Origin: Octopus sinensis
Taxonomy: Eukaryota
DNA length: 64,000 nt
Assembly (NCBI RefSeq): GCF_006345805.1
Contig: NC_043001.1
Coordinates: 84,382,001-84,446,000 of the forward strand
Reading direction: 5' to 3'
The notes under the pieces were generated by a model. That model was not told the DNA's origin. It was given only the letters and a program-made list of their open reading frames with translations, and searched no databases. Positions within the stretch are counted from its first letter, which is position 1. Each line of letters starts with the position of its first letter. Below are positions 14,648 through 29,078 of this stretch, in pieces. The position numbers were made by a program, and so were the translations under genes.

Positions 14648-17600
14648 ATATATTATGGTTGAAAGGCTCCGATTTTGAGTACTTAGAATCACTCGTTTTC
14701 GATTATCAGTTGGTAAACCGGACCTGGTTTCCTTTTGAAATATCAGCTGTCTGAATTTTCTGGTTTTTTTGGGTTTTTTTAGATATGATTTAAAAGTTTG
14801 AAGAAAATGCTTCTCTTTATATTTTTGAGTTTAAAAGCCTTTGTGAACGGCACGTGCAAAACGGCTGCTTCAAACAACCGTTGATTTTATTCCTTTCTGT
14901 TCTTGTGTTAATATTATCAGGTTTAGTGAAAAGAATTTTCACTAATGATTTTCGGCAACTTGTAATCTCCATGATATATCATCAATTGAGTACAACCTGT
15001 TGTCCAATTATTGCTGAATTGTTTGTTGTTTATTTTCGTATATAACATATAAACATAAAATGAAGCAATAATAAATCTCTGAACAAGGTATAAAGAATAA
15101 GTCCTGATAGGACACAGAAATGTGTCAATAGCCAGCTGGAGAAAATGTTCTCCTGGGGCTACAAGCTACAGTAGCATCCACCCTTAGCGTTTAGCCACAT
15201 TTAAGTGGCAAATATACTTCACAAACATAAAATGTTTATCCTTTATTTTACAATTTAGTTAATGCGTGATGAAAAAATTTCAGTTAGAACCATTTTACGC
15301 TCCCTGTGGAAAAAATGGGCAAGAGCAGCGGCAAAAGGAATTAATGATGTTGAAGCCAAGATGCAATCAACGAACATGTGGTACAAAACTGGTTCAGATG
15401 TTTCAAGAACAATGACACCAACCACGAAGAAAAGCCAATATCAGGGAGATCTGTCCTGAGCTTGAGGTAGCTGTTTTCGCAAGTGTCATTCACGAAGGAA
15501 CATAACGATAAATATTTTATTCAAACTTTCATATAACAGGAGTGGCAGTGTGGTAAGTAGCTTGCTTACCAACCACATGGTTCCGGGTTCAGTCCCACTG
15601 CGTGGCACCTTGGGCTAATGTCTTCTGCTATAGCCTCGAGTCGACCAAAGTGAATTTGGTAGACGGAAACTGAAATAAGCCCGTCGTATATATGTATATG
15701 TATGTATGTGTTTGTGTGTCTGTGTTTGTCCCCCCAACATCGCTTGACAATCGATGCTGGTGCGTTTACGTCCCAGTAACTTAGCGGTTTGGCAAAAGAG
15801 ACCGATATAATAAGTACTAGGCTTCCAAAGAATAAGTCCTGAGGTTGATTTGCTCGACTAAAGGCGGTGCTCCGACATGGCCGCAGTCAAATGACTGAAA
15901 CAAGTAAAAGAGTAAAAAGGTAAAAGAGTATTCAAACATGAGAAATCTAGAGTCGGAAACGAGCAACTTAGAATACTGAAAATTGGAGCTTTTTACTCTA
16001 CGTTTGTATTCTCATTCCCGATGAAAAACATCATTGAAAAGCAATTTACGATGATATGTCTTCAAAGGTGACATCTCTTATAGACATGCTATGTTTGAAA
16101 ATACAATACACGTCGGAAAGAGACGAAAATCGTATTAGCACCTGCTATAAATAACGCCAGATGTATTTTCACCTCGTTGGGCCTAACCAATAGCGTGTAC
16201 TCACTGCCAATGACAAAGCTAGATTACATTTGTTGCCACCGATATATTGGAAACAGTGAATAAAACATTCGTTGCTAAATAAAACAATCACCTGGTTGAG
16301 TAAAAATCTTTTATATACAATAGAAGTAGTACTGAATTAAAATGGCCATCTGTGTATCATATTCAAGATAAATATATCTCTGAAGGGCAGTTTACAGCGG
16401 TATATACTGTGGTTTTAAATACTGCACATTCCTAAGAGATGGTATCCCTGGGAGAATAGAGGAAAAATTGACCGGTACTTAGCTTTGTCAGTCTCAAAAT
16501 TATGAAAGACAAAGTTAACTACACAGGGTTTGAACTCAGAAGGTAAAGAGCAGGAACAAATATGGCAAGGCATTTTCCAGACACAAGCAATTCTGTCACC
16601 TCTACCATTCATTAATATCACTTTCGCTCTCATTTTCACTTCTAGTTCATTCTATAATTTTCTGTGCATATTGATAACTTACGTCATGTAACTATCGTCT
16701 ACCCTTACAAATATTGGCTTTGTGGTTAGACAAAACTCAAATATTACCAACCTGTGGTTAGAACACCAGAGAATACCCAACACTGGCCAAATTTCACTGG
16801 TCTCTTGGTCTTGAAGTATTCTTGAAAAATCGCAGCACTGCCTGTCCAAGCCAGAGGAGACTTTCCACCTGTATACACTCCTGACCAGTTGCCGGTTAAA
16901 ACTCCGTTGTCATCAGATGAATTTATCTGTTCAAAAGATAAAACATTATTGTTACAACGCATAACACTATAATGGATTACTAAATTTTCGTAACTTTTTC
17001 ATAACTTCACCCCAATCATTGTCACATTAATCAATGACAATCCGCGTTTTCATTCTTTGAAGGCGGCGAGCTGGCAGAAACGTTAGCACGCCGGGTGAAA
17101 TGCGTAGCCGTATTTCGTCTGCTGTTACGTTCTGAGTTCAAATTCCGCCGAGGTCGACTTTGCCTTTCATCCTTTCGGGGTCGATTAAATAAGTACCAGT
17201 TACGCACTGGGGTCGATATAATCGACTTAATCCGTTTGTCTGTCCATGTTTGTCCCCTCTGTATTTAACCCCTTGTGGATAGTAAAGAAATAGACAATCA
17301 GCGTTTTCATTCTTTTTTTTTAAATGCCACAGTTATCACGTCAGTATTGAGCTGATAATAAATTTCAATTGTAATGTCTTACTATATATCCGTATCCACA
17401 GTTAACTTTTCACTTTTTCTCGTGAGTCACGTACCGAAACCTCACATGTAAAATTTTACTGTAACATTCAGCCAATAATGGTTTCAAATATTGGCACAAG
17501 GCCAGCAATATCAAGGGAAGGAGTAAGTCGATTACGTCGACTCCAGTGTTCAACTGGTACTTATGTTATCGACACCGAAATGATGAAAGTCGAAGTCGAC

Positions 17601-20077
17601 CTCGACGGAGTTTGAATGCAGAAAGTAAAGGCGGACGAAATATTGCTAAGCACATTTTTCCGGCGCGCTAACGATTCAACTAGCCCGCCGCCTTGAATTC
17701 AGCTAATAAATATTAATTTTAAATTTAGATCCAAGTAATATATATATATATATAAAGCTGAAGTTGTCTGTGTGTGTCAGGTTTGGTAGCCTTCAACTAA
17801 CACTATCTCCTCCGAGACGCTGCGGCGCAAGTTGACCAACATTGAGAGTATGATAGAAAAAGGCTTGCTCTTCATTCCGTAGAAGAAAAAATTCAAATCG
17901 GACCATGTTAAGATCAAAAATTATTTACGTCAAAAGGTGCATTTTTCCAGCTTAGTTTTTAATTATTTGCTTTGACCCTAAATGCCGAAGAGGCTGGGTC
18001 GATCCACACTTACAAGGAATTCGGACTGAAAGTAAAAAATAAAAGTAACTCCGATTGCCTTCTGTGAACAGATCAGTGCACTTAGCTGAAAATGTGTACC
18101 AGGGAGCTTTATAGTTGCTGGTACTCATATTCAGCTGAATATCCTAGAGCAATTGTTCAAGGTTTCTAACAACGTACAAAAATATGTGATACTCTGATAA
18201 TAAACTCCTTGTCCTCATTTGCTTTATTTACACACACACACACACCATCGCACTTACACAACTGTTCACATACACACGCACAAATACGCATGCACACTAA
18301 AACACGCACACACATGACCATATACATACACATACATTATTATTAAGGGAACAACCAGAGTTATGTACTCACCAATGCTGTCAATTTTCGTGTGACTAAC
18401 ACAGGATTTCTGCGTGCGTGAAGCGGAAGTTCTGATTCCTCTAGAAGATAGAGAACGCATTCCAACACATCATCGGAAAACTACAGGAAAATATAGAAAT
18501 CGAAAGAAAAAAATATATATTTAGTTTCGCATAGTTAATCTAACACAAAACTCATGGCTGAAGACGCTTGCTTCTAAGTAAGTGTCTCTACTAAAAGCAC
18601 AAGGACATCAGATTTCAAGTGAGTGGGATCCAGTACTTGACTGGTACTTTATTTTATCGACCTCGGGGGTGGGGGATTGAAAGGCAAAATTCATCTCGGT
18701 GAGGTTTAAATCAGAACGTAAAGAGCCAATAGAAATACTGATAAGCAATTTTCACGATACTCTAACAATTGTGCCGGCTTAACATACCTGTAGTTTCCAA
18801 TTTAGATACAAGACTTGCAGTTTTGAGGAAAGAGACAGGTCAATACTATTGATCCCAGTATTTGACCGGAATATTACTTTATCGACATAGTAGAGAAAAA
18901 GAAGAAAGATAAAGTCAGCCTTGTTGGGATTTGAACTCAGAACGCAAGGAACAGTATAAAATACTGGCAGACATTTACCCCACGCACTAATGATTTTGCC
19001 AGGTCACTACTTTTCTTTTATCGAAATAATAGTTTCTGATTTGGACACAAAGCCAACAATTTTGAGGGACTTGACCGGCGCGTAAACCCTAAATCTTGAT
19101 CGGTACTCAAGTTTATTGATACGGAGGAGGGGACAAAAGGTAACGTAAAGGCAAGCAGTATTCCAACTCAGAATGTATATAGCCGGAACATATAACGCAA
19201 TACATTTATTGGGAAGTTCTCGAGCCGTTCTTACATTGAAATAATAAAATTAACTTCTAGCCTTGGCATAACACATAACAATGCAGCTTTCGCTGGAATT
19301 TCAAACGTGTTTCGTGGGGTGCTACCACAACAGCTCCTTTATAGGATCCAGTTAGCTCAAGACATCATCAGGAGGAACCAGGTCCGTTTTGACGTGGTGG
19401 AGCCCCCCCCCCTTCGGATGTATCTTCAGCTCTGGTGTTGGGTGCATATCTTCTTTCTTCTGTTCCCTGGCCTCTTCGCTGTAGCGTCAACGAGTGTCAG
19501 CGGGCGACTGACTGTCTTATCAAATTTCCCTTTAAATACCTGCTGCAGGCTCCGCTCCAGCAGGCAGCCCCAGCAAGTTGTTGCAATGTAAAACCGTAAT
19601 TTAACCCAACCAGTTCTCTGCATAAGTGTTTTTACCTGGCGAAAGTTCCAAGTTTTTCCGAAGATCTGATGTGAAGTACCCACATAAATCTTTCCTGATT
19701 CACGCATGACATATTCTTTACGTTCCGCCTCGTCAGCCATGTAAACTTCATCACCTGGAAGTAGAATAGTACACGTACATTAAATAGGCATCGAGGGAAG
19801 ATGGCAACATAATTGTATTGGTATATATTCCAATAAGTACATAACATGACAGACACAGATTGTTAGATTCAGGAAACTGCGAGAATATTACATACATTTT
19901 GGCGAGTAGGATTAATACCCTATCCACACCAACGCTACGACCCACAATGGAGACGTAATGAAATGATTTCGCGCAGCTGTTTAGATGCTGATTGCTGGCC
20001 ATGGATGAGTGAACTGTCAGCTTGTTTGACAACAGTACTATGTGGTACTATATATACATATGTTTGTGCATTATATA

Positions 20078-20118
<41 letters not shown>

Positions 20119-23100
20119 GAACAGGGTGCAGTGAATATATGGTCGTCTAAATTGCGCAAAAGTGAAAATAACACTTTCTCATTTTAACAGATATATTTAC
20201 CAAAATTACATAAAAATATGTTGAAATTCTAAAGAGTAAACTTGGTCAAAAAAAGTTGCCACTAGTTTCAACCACGGCTTCCAGACCACTTCGGAATCTC
20301 CTGAAACTCTTCTGGATGTTCTCTTTGTTTAAGGTGGTGAATGCTGCCTTAATCCTTGCCTTCAGTTCATCCTTGGTGTTACAAGGAGTTTTGTTGGTCT
20401 CTTGTTCAACTGCACCTCACACACAATGAATCAAGGGGGCTACAGTCTGGGGAGTTAGATGACCAGATGTTAGGGGTGATGTGGTTGCAGAAATTGCCTG
20501 ACATCCATGACTATGTTCTCCTGCTTGTGTGGTATGGTACAGAGGCCTGTTGCCAGACATAGGGGTCATCCAGCAGCCATCCACTTGATTCAGAGCAGCA
20601 CTTCCTCTTCCAGGTACTTGATGTAGGCCTCCGTGTTGAGTCTGAGGCCTTGTCGAAAGATGAATGGAAGCATAACGTCACCATTTCATTAGTGATCACT
20701 CCAAACGCCATACTGTTGACTGGATATTCGATTTTTATCACTCTCGATATATGCACTGTCCTCAGATTGACACTAAACACTCTGAAATGTTCGTATTAGA
20801 GGTTCCGGCGCGAATGCCAAACAGTACAACATGTCGCTTCCAAATTCCTGGCAGAACGAACCGTGTCATGATGCTGGCTGTCTTTCTCACATGCGGTGCC
20901 CAACTGCCCCCAGTATACTGCGTAGTCGTTAAGATCAAAACAAACAATGTGCATGCGTGAAATTAAAAATATAAAATGGCAACAATTTACCCATCGCACC
21001 CTATATATCTATATACATACAGACATCTAGATGCATGTGTACAAGTGCGTGAATGTGTGTACATTGTGTAATTATGGTTTTTGCGTGTATATACCAATAC
21101 ATACCAATCTGAAAGGCGCATGGCTCAATGTTTAGAGCATTGGGCTCACAATCATGAGGTAGTGCGTTCGATTCCCGGACTGGCCTGCGTGTTGTGTTTT
21201 TGAGCAAGATACTTTATTTCCTGTTGCTCCAGTTCACTCAGCTGTAGAAATTAGTTGCGACATTACTGGTGCCGAACTGTATTGGCCTCTGCCTTTCCCA
21301 TGGATAACATCGGTGGCGCGAAGAGGGGAGGCTAGTATTCATGGGCGACTGCTGGTCTTCCGTAAACAACCTCACTCAGACTTGTGCCTCGGGGGGAAAC
21401 TTTCTAGGTGCAATCTCATGGTCATTCATGACCAAAGGGGTCTTTACCCCTTATATACCAATATAATGGTGCCTTCCCTCCTTCAAAAGTATGTCCTCAT
21501 ACTAGGAGATAGAATATGAAATTTGTTTTCAATTTTTATCTCCTGCATAGAGAAATTATTGAGAATCGTTGAATATCACAGCACTTAGTAATTCGCTTTT
21601 GGTTAAGGTTTAAATAGTCTAATTAACGAAGGAAAATGTTTTCATCTTAATGCGACCGAACTTGGTTAAATGACCGATGCTGGTAATGTAGTTTTCATAA
21701 TTAAGTATTTCATTAAAGTTGCAATTAATTTTGAAATTACATGCTATACATACGCAAATATACAAGCATAGACACACGAATGCGCGCGGAAACATTTATA
21801 AATCTAAACTAGATTTCGTTCAGTCGTTGTGTCTATGTTTGTTGTTAAAATCCGGTAGTTTGTTTTCTTGTTTGTTTTTAAGTTTTGGGTTGTAGAAATT
21901 GTTAGATCGTTATTATTCCAAGAAGGAGTTGGTTATTAAGGTTTGATATAAATGTTTGTAAGAATATGGTTTGTAAATAGTTTATTATTTAGCATAGTCA
22001 CATTGCCGCCACAAGGGGAATACTAAGCCTAAGTGTATATATGTAAAATCATGTTCAATACGTTGGAGGGCATTTAGACGTGGGAACACCATTTAGGGAG
22101 GAAGAAACTTTTCTTCCAGACATGTATGAAAGCATAAGATGTAATTGGTCTACTAACTCTAGAATAAGGAGACAATTTCAATAAATGAAGGATTTATCTA
22201 TTATATAAAATCTGTTCTGTCTGTCTGTCTGTCTGTGTGTCTTCTAGGATCTCGGGCATCCTCCATCCGATTGCGCTCAAATTTGGTATGTAGATACCGA
22301 CGGTATCAGGGCGTGTATAAGTCTTGAAAAAATTACAAAAATCGATTCCAGGGGAGAATGCGATTGATAAAGCCGTGGGAACGTGCATTTGTAAAATCGC
22401 TTTTCTTGGAATAGAAAAATAGTCTATCTTTATTTCTTTTGCTGGTGTCTCAAATTTAGGTTAAATCAGTGTTTCTCAAAGGAGAGGCCTATGGGGCGGG
22501 CGGACAAGTTGTTTTGAGAAAAGTTGGTTTAAATGTTTGACAACTCAGCACCAACCATTGGAGTGGGGTGTTTTGCTCGTCTTGTAGGATATTTAATATA
22601 GCCGTATTCATCTTTGTTGTTATTACGTGAGTGTACACGTCTGGTGTTAAATAATATTATTACCAAAATAAAATATTTGAATGTTGTTATCTAAAATAAC
22701 ATATCGCGGAATTATTATGTTCACATAGTGGCACTCCCTCGGTTACGACGACGAGGGTTCCAATTCATCCGATCAACGGAACAGCCTGCTCGTGAAATTA
22801 ACGTGCAAGTGGCTGAGCATTCCACCGACACGTGTACCCTTAACGTAGTTCTCGGGGAGATTCAGCGTGACACAGAGTGTGTCAAGGCTGGTTCTTTAAA
22901 ATACAGGTACAACAGAAACAGGAAGAGTGAGAGAAAGTTGTGGTGAAAGAGTACAGCAGGTTTCACCACCACCCCTGCCGGAGACTCGTGGAGCTTTAGG
23001 TGTTTTTGCTGAATAAACACAACGCCCTACCTAGGAATCGAAACCGCGATCGCATCACCGTGAGTCCGCTACCCTAACCACTGAGCCATTGCGCCTTCAC

Positions 23101-23416
23101 ACTCGAACGTAGGTACAATACTATACCAACACGCGTTGCACTAACACAGAAACCAATACGGTTAACTGATATTTTATTAGGCAAAAAGGCCCGAACACAG
23201 GACATTGTCAACTACCCCCTCACAGTTCACACAGTTATTTATTGAAACCGTTTGTCCACGTTCAGTCACGTGGGGTGTACAAGATTCTACCATAGCAATT
23301 GTCGAAATATACTGGTGACAGTGAGTTATTTTTTATAGGGCATTATATGATTAATTTCGTGTGTGTGTGTGTGTGCTTACATAAATAATTAAACATATAT
23401 ACATATATATGTACTA

Positions 23417-23454
<38 letters not shown>

Positions 23455-23749
23455 TGCTAGACAATCAGAGAGATAGCTAGATAGATAGAGAGACAGATAA
23501 CCTCGGGCCGACCAAAACCTTGTATGTGGATTTGGTAGACAAAAACTGAAAGAACCCCGTCGTATATATATATGCGCGTGTGTGTTTGTGTATGCGTGCG
23601 GGCGCATATGTTTATGTTCCTGTGTTTGTCTCCCCACCATCGCTTGGCAACCGATGTTATGTCCCCGTAACTTAACGATTCGGCATAAAAGGCCGATAGA
23701 ATAAGTACTAGGCTTAGAAAGAATACGTCCTGGGGTCGATTTGTCCAAC

Positions 23750-23802
<53 letters not shown>

Positions 23803-23953
23803 TATATATGATGAAATCTCCCGTTAGTTTCGATGTATGAGGATCTGACAACTTACTCTTTCTTTGTCGTCACAATGCTTATAGCGAATGTGACATTTGA
23901 ATCCCGCCAACGATTTGCAAAAAAGCCCACATATGTATGTGTATATATATATA

Positions 23954-23984
<31 letters not shown>

Positions 23985-25504
23985 GCATTGCGACTGACAA
24001 AGAAAGAGTAAGTTGTCAGATCCTCATACATCGAAACTAACGGGAGCTTTCATCATATATATATATATATATATATATGCATATACATATGTACTTATAT
24101 ACTTTGTATATATATACACACAAACACTCACATATAAACATCTGTAGCTTAACCATTTAATTAGCCAATTTTTGCTAACAATAATAACGAAGTGCAAACA
24201 AAGGAAAAAAGTAAAATGATAGACGTGATACTGTTGCATTAGAACTGATATTCATGATGGCAATTTTTCCGATATATAACTGGCATTCAGTACAGTGTGG
24301 AACTGGAAAGCTTAGATATGTAGTACCAGAAAAGTAGATGAGGCAAACTTTTAAGGTCTGAACCCGATTTTTCCGAATGTTACAAATGAATATAAAACGG
24401 AGTAGAGGAAAATTAGTAAAGAGGCAAGGTTATAGGATTACTCAGTTGAGATCAACAGACTGAGCGATGTAGGCGAGAAAGTTTGAGTAATAGTAGACAG
24501 AATGATGCTAAATATGAATTATGGTGTGAATATAGGGAATGGTATAGACCTAGAAACATGAGAGAAACATCAAAGTTTGGCTGAAATATTTGTAAAAGGT
24601 CAGGTCAACAAGGAATAAAACTTAGCTTACGTTTGTGGAAGGGATTAAACAGCATATAAAATTCATAGGGCTCTGTGTAAACTATTTTCTTTTCATCAAT
24701 CTTGATGTTAACCCTCATTCGCCAGACTCCAACATAGTTATTTGGAGGAGTATGAACTTCGACCGTGATTTCCGAATCCTTCGAGTTCTTTAGCACAGCG
24801 GCCCATTGCCCGTCTTTGAAAGTGTCTGTCAGTTCTAATCTCACCAAAGAACCTTTCACAAGTTTGGGACGTTCACCTGAAAAATTAGATATAAATACAT
24901 TTAAAGTGAGTGACACGGGTAAATATAAAAAGTACTCATTAAAGAGAATAAAAAAAACTTAAATCCACATACCAGTACTGGCATCTCGTAATATTAGAAA
25001 CTATTTCAGAAATTCGAATTTGTGATTGATTCTTATCTTGGCATATGTGATAAGCATATCTAACGTGGGTACTTAGATTTGGTTTTTAACAATTTTGGTC
25101 GCCAAATCCATTCTTATATCAAGCTGAGAATGGTGATATTTTATAAAAATTCTGAGATCATCTAATATTACTTATTGTCAGGATATGTACAAGGAAAGGC
25201 GAAGCCCAAGTCTCCGAAAGCACAACAGTGTTCTTGATGATGATGATGATGATGATAATAATAATAATAATAATAAATCATCATTATTATTATTATTATT
25301 ACTATTATTATTATAAGACTAGTAATTTCGGGGAAGCGATAAGTCAATTACATCGATCCCACTGATCAACAGGTATTTATTTTTCGACCCAAAACGATGA
25401 AAAGCAAAGATGAACGTAAGGATGGTCAAAGAGCTTCGCGGCATCTCTGCACGTCGCGCTAGCGATTCTGCCATTTCGTTGTTTGAATAATAATAATAAT
25501 AATA

Positions 25505-25536
<32 letters not shown>

Positions 25537-26652
25537 GATACAATACCAGGCAGTGGCTCTCATGGCTTCTGATCTGAACTGATTTGAAGTGTTAACATGT
25601 ACATTGTTTTGTGTTGGTATAAAAGATGGGCTACAGCAAATATTCAGCTCAATACCACAGATTTTCTTGTCAATTGCTTGACCTTAACCAATGGCTGACG
25701 ATATGTGCATCTCTGATCACGAGCAGAAGTAGTGGGGGAACATCATAGGGGTTTGGATAATTCACCTTTGGAAACATTAGTGCTTTGTTCAAAATCCTTA
25801 AACAACCCTTATTCAGGGACCTTTTGAGCGGAATGGGCTACTAGAGATTAAGTAAATTCTAACTGGGCCCCATCTGCAAGGTCAAGCGCTGTTTATCTTG
25901 ATATGAGATCACCATGTTGCGTACATATGGTTGTGATGCATGTATCTAGTGTACCCTTATCAGACGGGTAGTCATCATGGGTATACTGGGCTTCGTATAT
26001 TCTACCCTAGTGTCACTATGACGGTTGCACTGCACTCTCACTTATTAATAATAATAATGATAATAATGATAATAATTATGATGATGATGATCAGCACTGC
26101 TTAGTACTGCAAGAATTCTTCGCAGGGTTCTTGAAGCATGACCAATAAACAAGTGTCACCTTAGTCCGCTGGCTGTGGACAGCTGACACTTCGCATCATA
26201 CCTAACAAAAAAAGCTGTGAGGTTTCATAAAATAATAATAGAAAATGATAGACCAGACAACGATTATAGATAAGGAAAAGCAAAGTTACTTATTTATCAA
26301 CCCATCGTTCCCGCTTGATTCTAGGATCGTAAAGAAAAGGGAAGAAAAAATACAATCTCTTAAAATTTGAAATAGGAAGAATTTGGACCATGCGAACAGT
26401 AAAGGTCGTGTTTATAATAATCGGTGCGTTGGGAACAGTAAGCAAAAATATTCACAAATGGCTGAAGGATATTTAAATGGAATTCCCGGTAGAGCTCCTA
26501 GAGAAAGTTTGTCTTTTGGTTATCAGAAATGTTCTAAGTATTTGAAAGACTCTTGAAAACTTGTGAATACGTAACCCGTTACCCACACAATCCCTACCAG
26601 GAATAAGACCGAACTTGAGCCAAACGAAAATAATAATGATAATATAATAATA

Positions 26653-26683
<31 letters not shown>

Positions 26684-28250
26684 GCAAGTTAAGATGGGTT
26701 ACCGATGTGGGAAGAAAGGCCCATCATTGAACCATCTGTTTATGGATGACATGAAATTGTTTGGGAAATCTGAAAAACAGATATATTCCTTAACCAAAAC
26801 AGTCCAGAAGTATGGTAGGGACATCGGTATGGAATTTGGGATTACCAAATACTTAGTACTTAATATGAAAAGAGGGAAGAAAGCTGCCTGCAGCGGATTG
26901 CAGTTGCCATCAGGAGATACCATGGGTGAACCCGACGGTTGTGGGTATAGGTATTTAGGAATGTTGGAGCTGGATGACATTCTACACAGAGAAATGAAAG
27001 TCGAGGCGTATCAATAATGGCAAAGATGGTGTTGAAATCCAACCTGAATGCCAAATATTTGATTACCGCAATGAATATCTGGACAGTTGCGGTGGTTAAA
27101 TATAGTGCGTCCATCCTCAAATGGACTAAGGAGGAAATATCAACACTGGATAGAAGGACGAGAAAGCTGATGACGCGTCATGGGGCGCTAGACCCTAAAA
27201 CAAACGTAAACAGACTATATATGAAAAGAAAGAATGGTGGCAGAGGACTAATTAGTATAGACAATTATATAAAGAATGAAAGGAGAACGCTTGTCGAATA
27301 TTTGATAAATAGTGATGAAGACCTGCTACAATATGCCGCGAAGGATATGGGTGTAAATGCAAATGAAATGATAAGCAAGGAAGAATTTATCCAAAGAGCT
27401 GAGGAGAAGAGAAAAGATGACCTTCTTGAAATGAGAATGCATGGACAGTTTGAAAGGAATACACAGGGCGTAAAGGTTAATACAGCATCGTGGGCATAGC
27501 TTGAGCGAGGTGGTTTGAAGTGTACCGTCGAAAGCCTGATCATTGCTGCACAAGAACATGCTCTTGCAACCAATTCAGTGAAGTATAACAACTATAAAAC
27601 TTCTGACACCCAGAAATGCAGACTGTGGAAAGAATGTGGAAAATGTGACTCACTTGATGAGTGGGTGTGAGAGCTTTGTACAAAAAGAATATAAGCACCG
27701 CCACAATAAAATGTGTGTGCATCTTCATTGGCTCTTATGCCGTAAATACCAATATGAAGTAACAGAGAACTAGTATGAGCGTGTACCAAGTAAAGTTATG
27801 CAGGAGGGTAGAAAAGTAACGATACTCAGGGACTATGATTTTCAGAGGGATCGTGTAATCGAACACCGTCGGCTGGATATTGTCATATTGAATAAGAGAG
27901 ACAAATGCTTTCAGATCATTGATGTAGCCATACCAAATGACATGAATGTTGTGAGTAAAGAGGTTGAAAAAAAATCACTCCGAAAAAGTACTCCGAATTG
28001 AAAGTGGAAATGGCAAGACTATGGAATGCGAGAGGATAATGTAAAAGTGATACCAGTGATGATCGGAGCGTTGGGCTCAATCCCATTGAAACTTCAAAAC
28101 TTCTCAAGGCAACTGGAATGTCTAGTATAAAGCAGTCTTATTGGGCACAGCGCACATCTTAATGAAAATATTATCTGTCTGAGGTCCTTGTTGTGATTTG
28201 ACAGATGACTAAAGACACCGGTGCATTTTTACCTACTCTGTATTTCGAAG

Positions 28251-28305
<55 letters not shown>

Positions 28306-29029
28306 CCTTTCTACTAAAAGCAAAAGGCTTGAATTTTCTTTTTTTGGTGGGGTGGGGGTGGGATGGGGGACCAGTCGATTACATCGACCTCGGTGTTTCA
28401 ATGGTACTTAATTTATCGATGCCGAAAGGATGAAAAGCAAAGCTAACCTCGGCAGAATTTGAACTCGGACCCTAAAGGCGGACGAAATACCGCAAAGCAT
28501 TTTGCCCAGCGTGCTAACGATTCTGCCAGCTCGCCGCCGTAATAATCCTTTCTACTATAGGCACAAGGCCTGGATTTTGTGGGGAGGAGAAGAGTCGCTC
28601 ACCTCGATCCCAGTACTCATCTGGTACTTAATTTATCGACCCTGAAAGGATGAAAGACAAAGTCGACGTCGCGGAATTTGAACTCAGAACGTAACGGCAG
28701 ACGAAATACCGCTAAGTATTTCACCCGGCATGCTAATGATTCTGCCAGCTCGTTGCCTTAGTGATAATAGTAATACTACTACTACTACTACTACTACTAC
28801 TAATAATAATAATAATAATAATAATAATCAAGGTCTGAAATTTTGGAGGAGGAGAGCAGTCGATTACATCGATCCCAGTGTTTCACTGGTACTTTCTTTA
28901 TCGACCCCGAAAAGATGAAAAGCAGCGTCGACCTCGGCGGAATTTGAACTCTGAACGTGAAGCATTCGTCCGGCGTGCTAACGATTCTGCCAGCTCGCAG
29001 CCTTAATAATAATAATAATAATAATAATG

Positions 29030-29078
<49 letters not shown>

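Noticed and set aside
15145-15180. Minus-strand sequence giving DAT and PQE, reminiscent of the catalytic-Asp motif DATPQE
   Set aside because: The two halves are separated and in different frames, with no GWQ upstream and no splice sites.
16430-16455. Minus-strand PGIPSLR resembling LGIP of the missing exon
   Set aside because: No VTNF/SAHD follows, and it abuts a decayed SINE.
19295-19600. GC-richer intronic island with 94-aa ORF
   Set aside because: Probably a small retroelement fragment; no motif was strong enough to classify it.
21114-21185. tRNA-like A/B-box sequences here and at 17062, 44512 and elsewhere
   Set aside because: They are heads of multi-copy SINEs, not complete cloverleafs.
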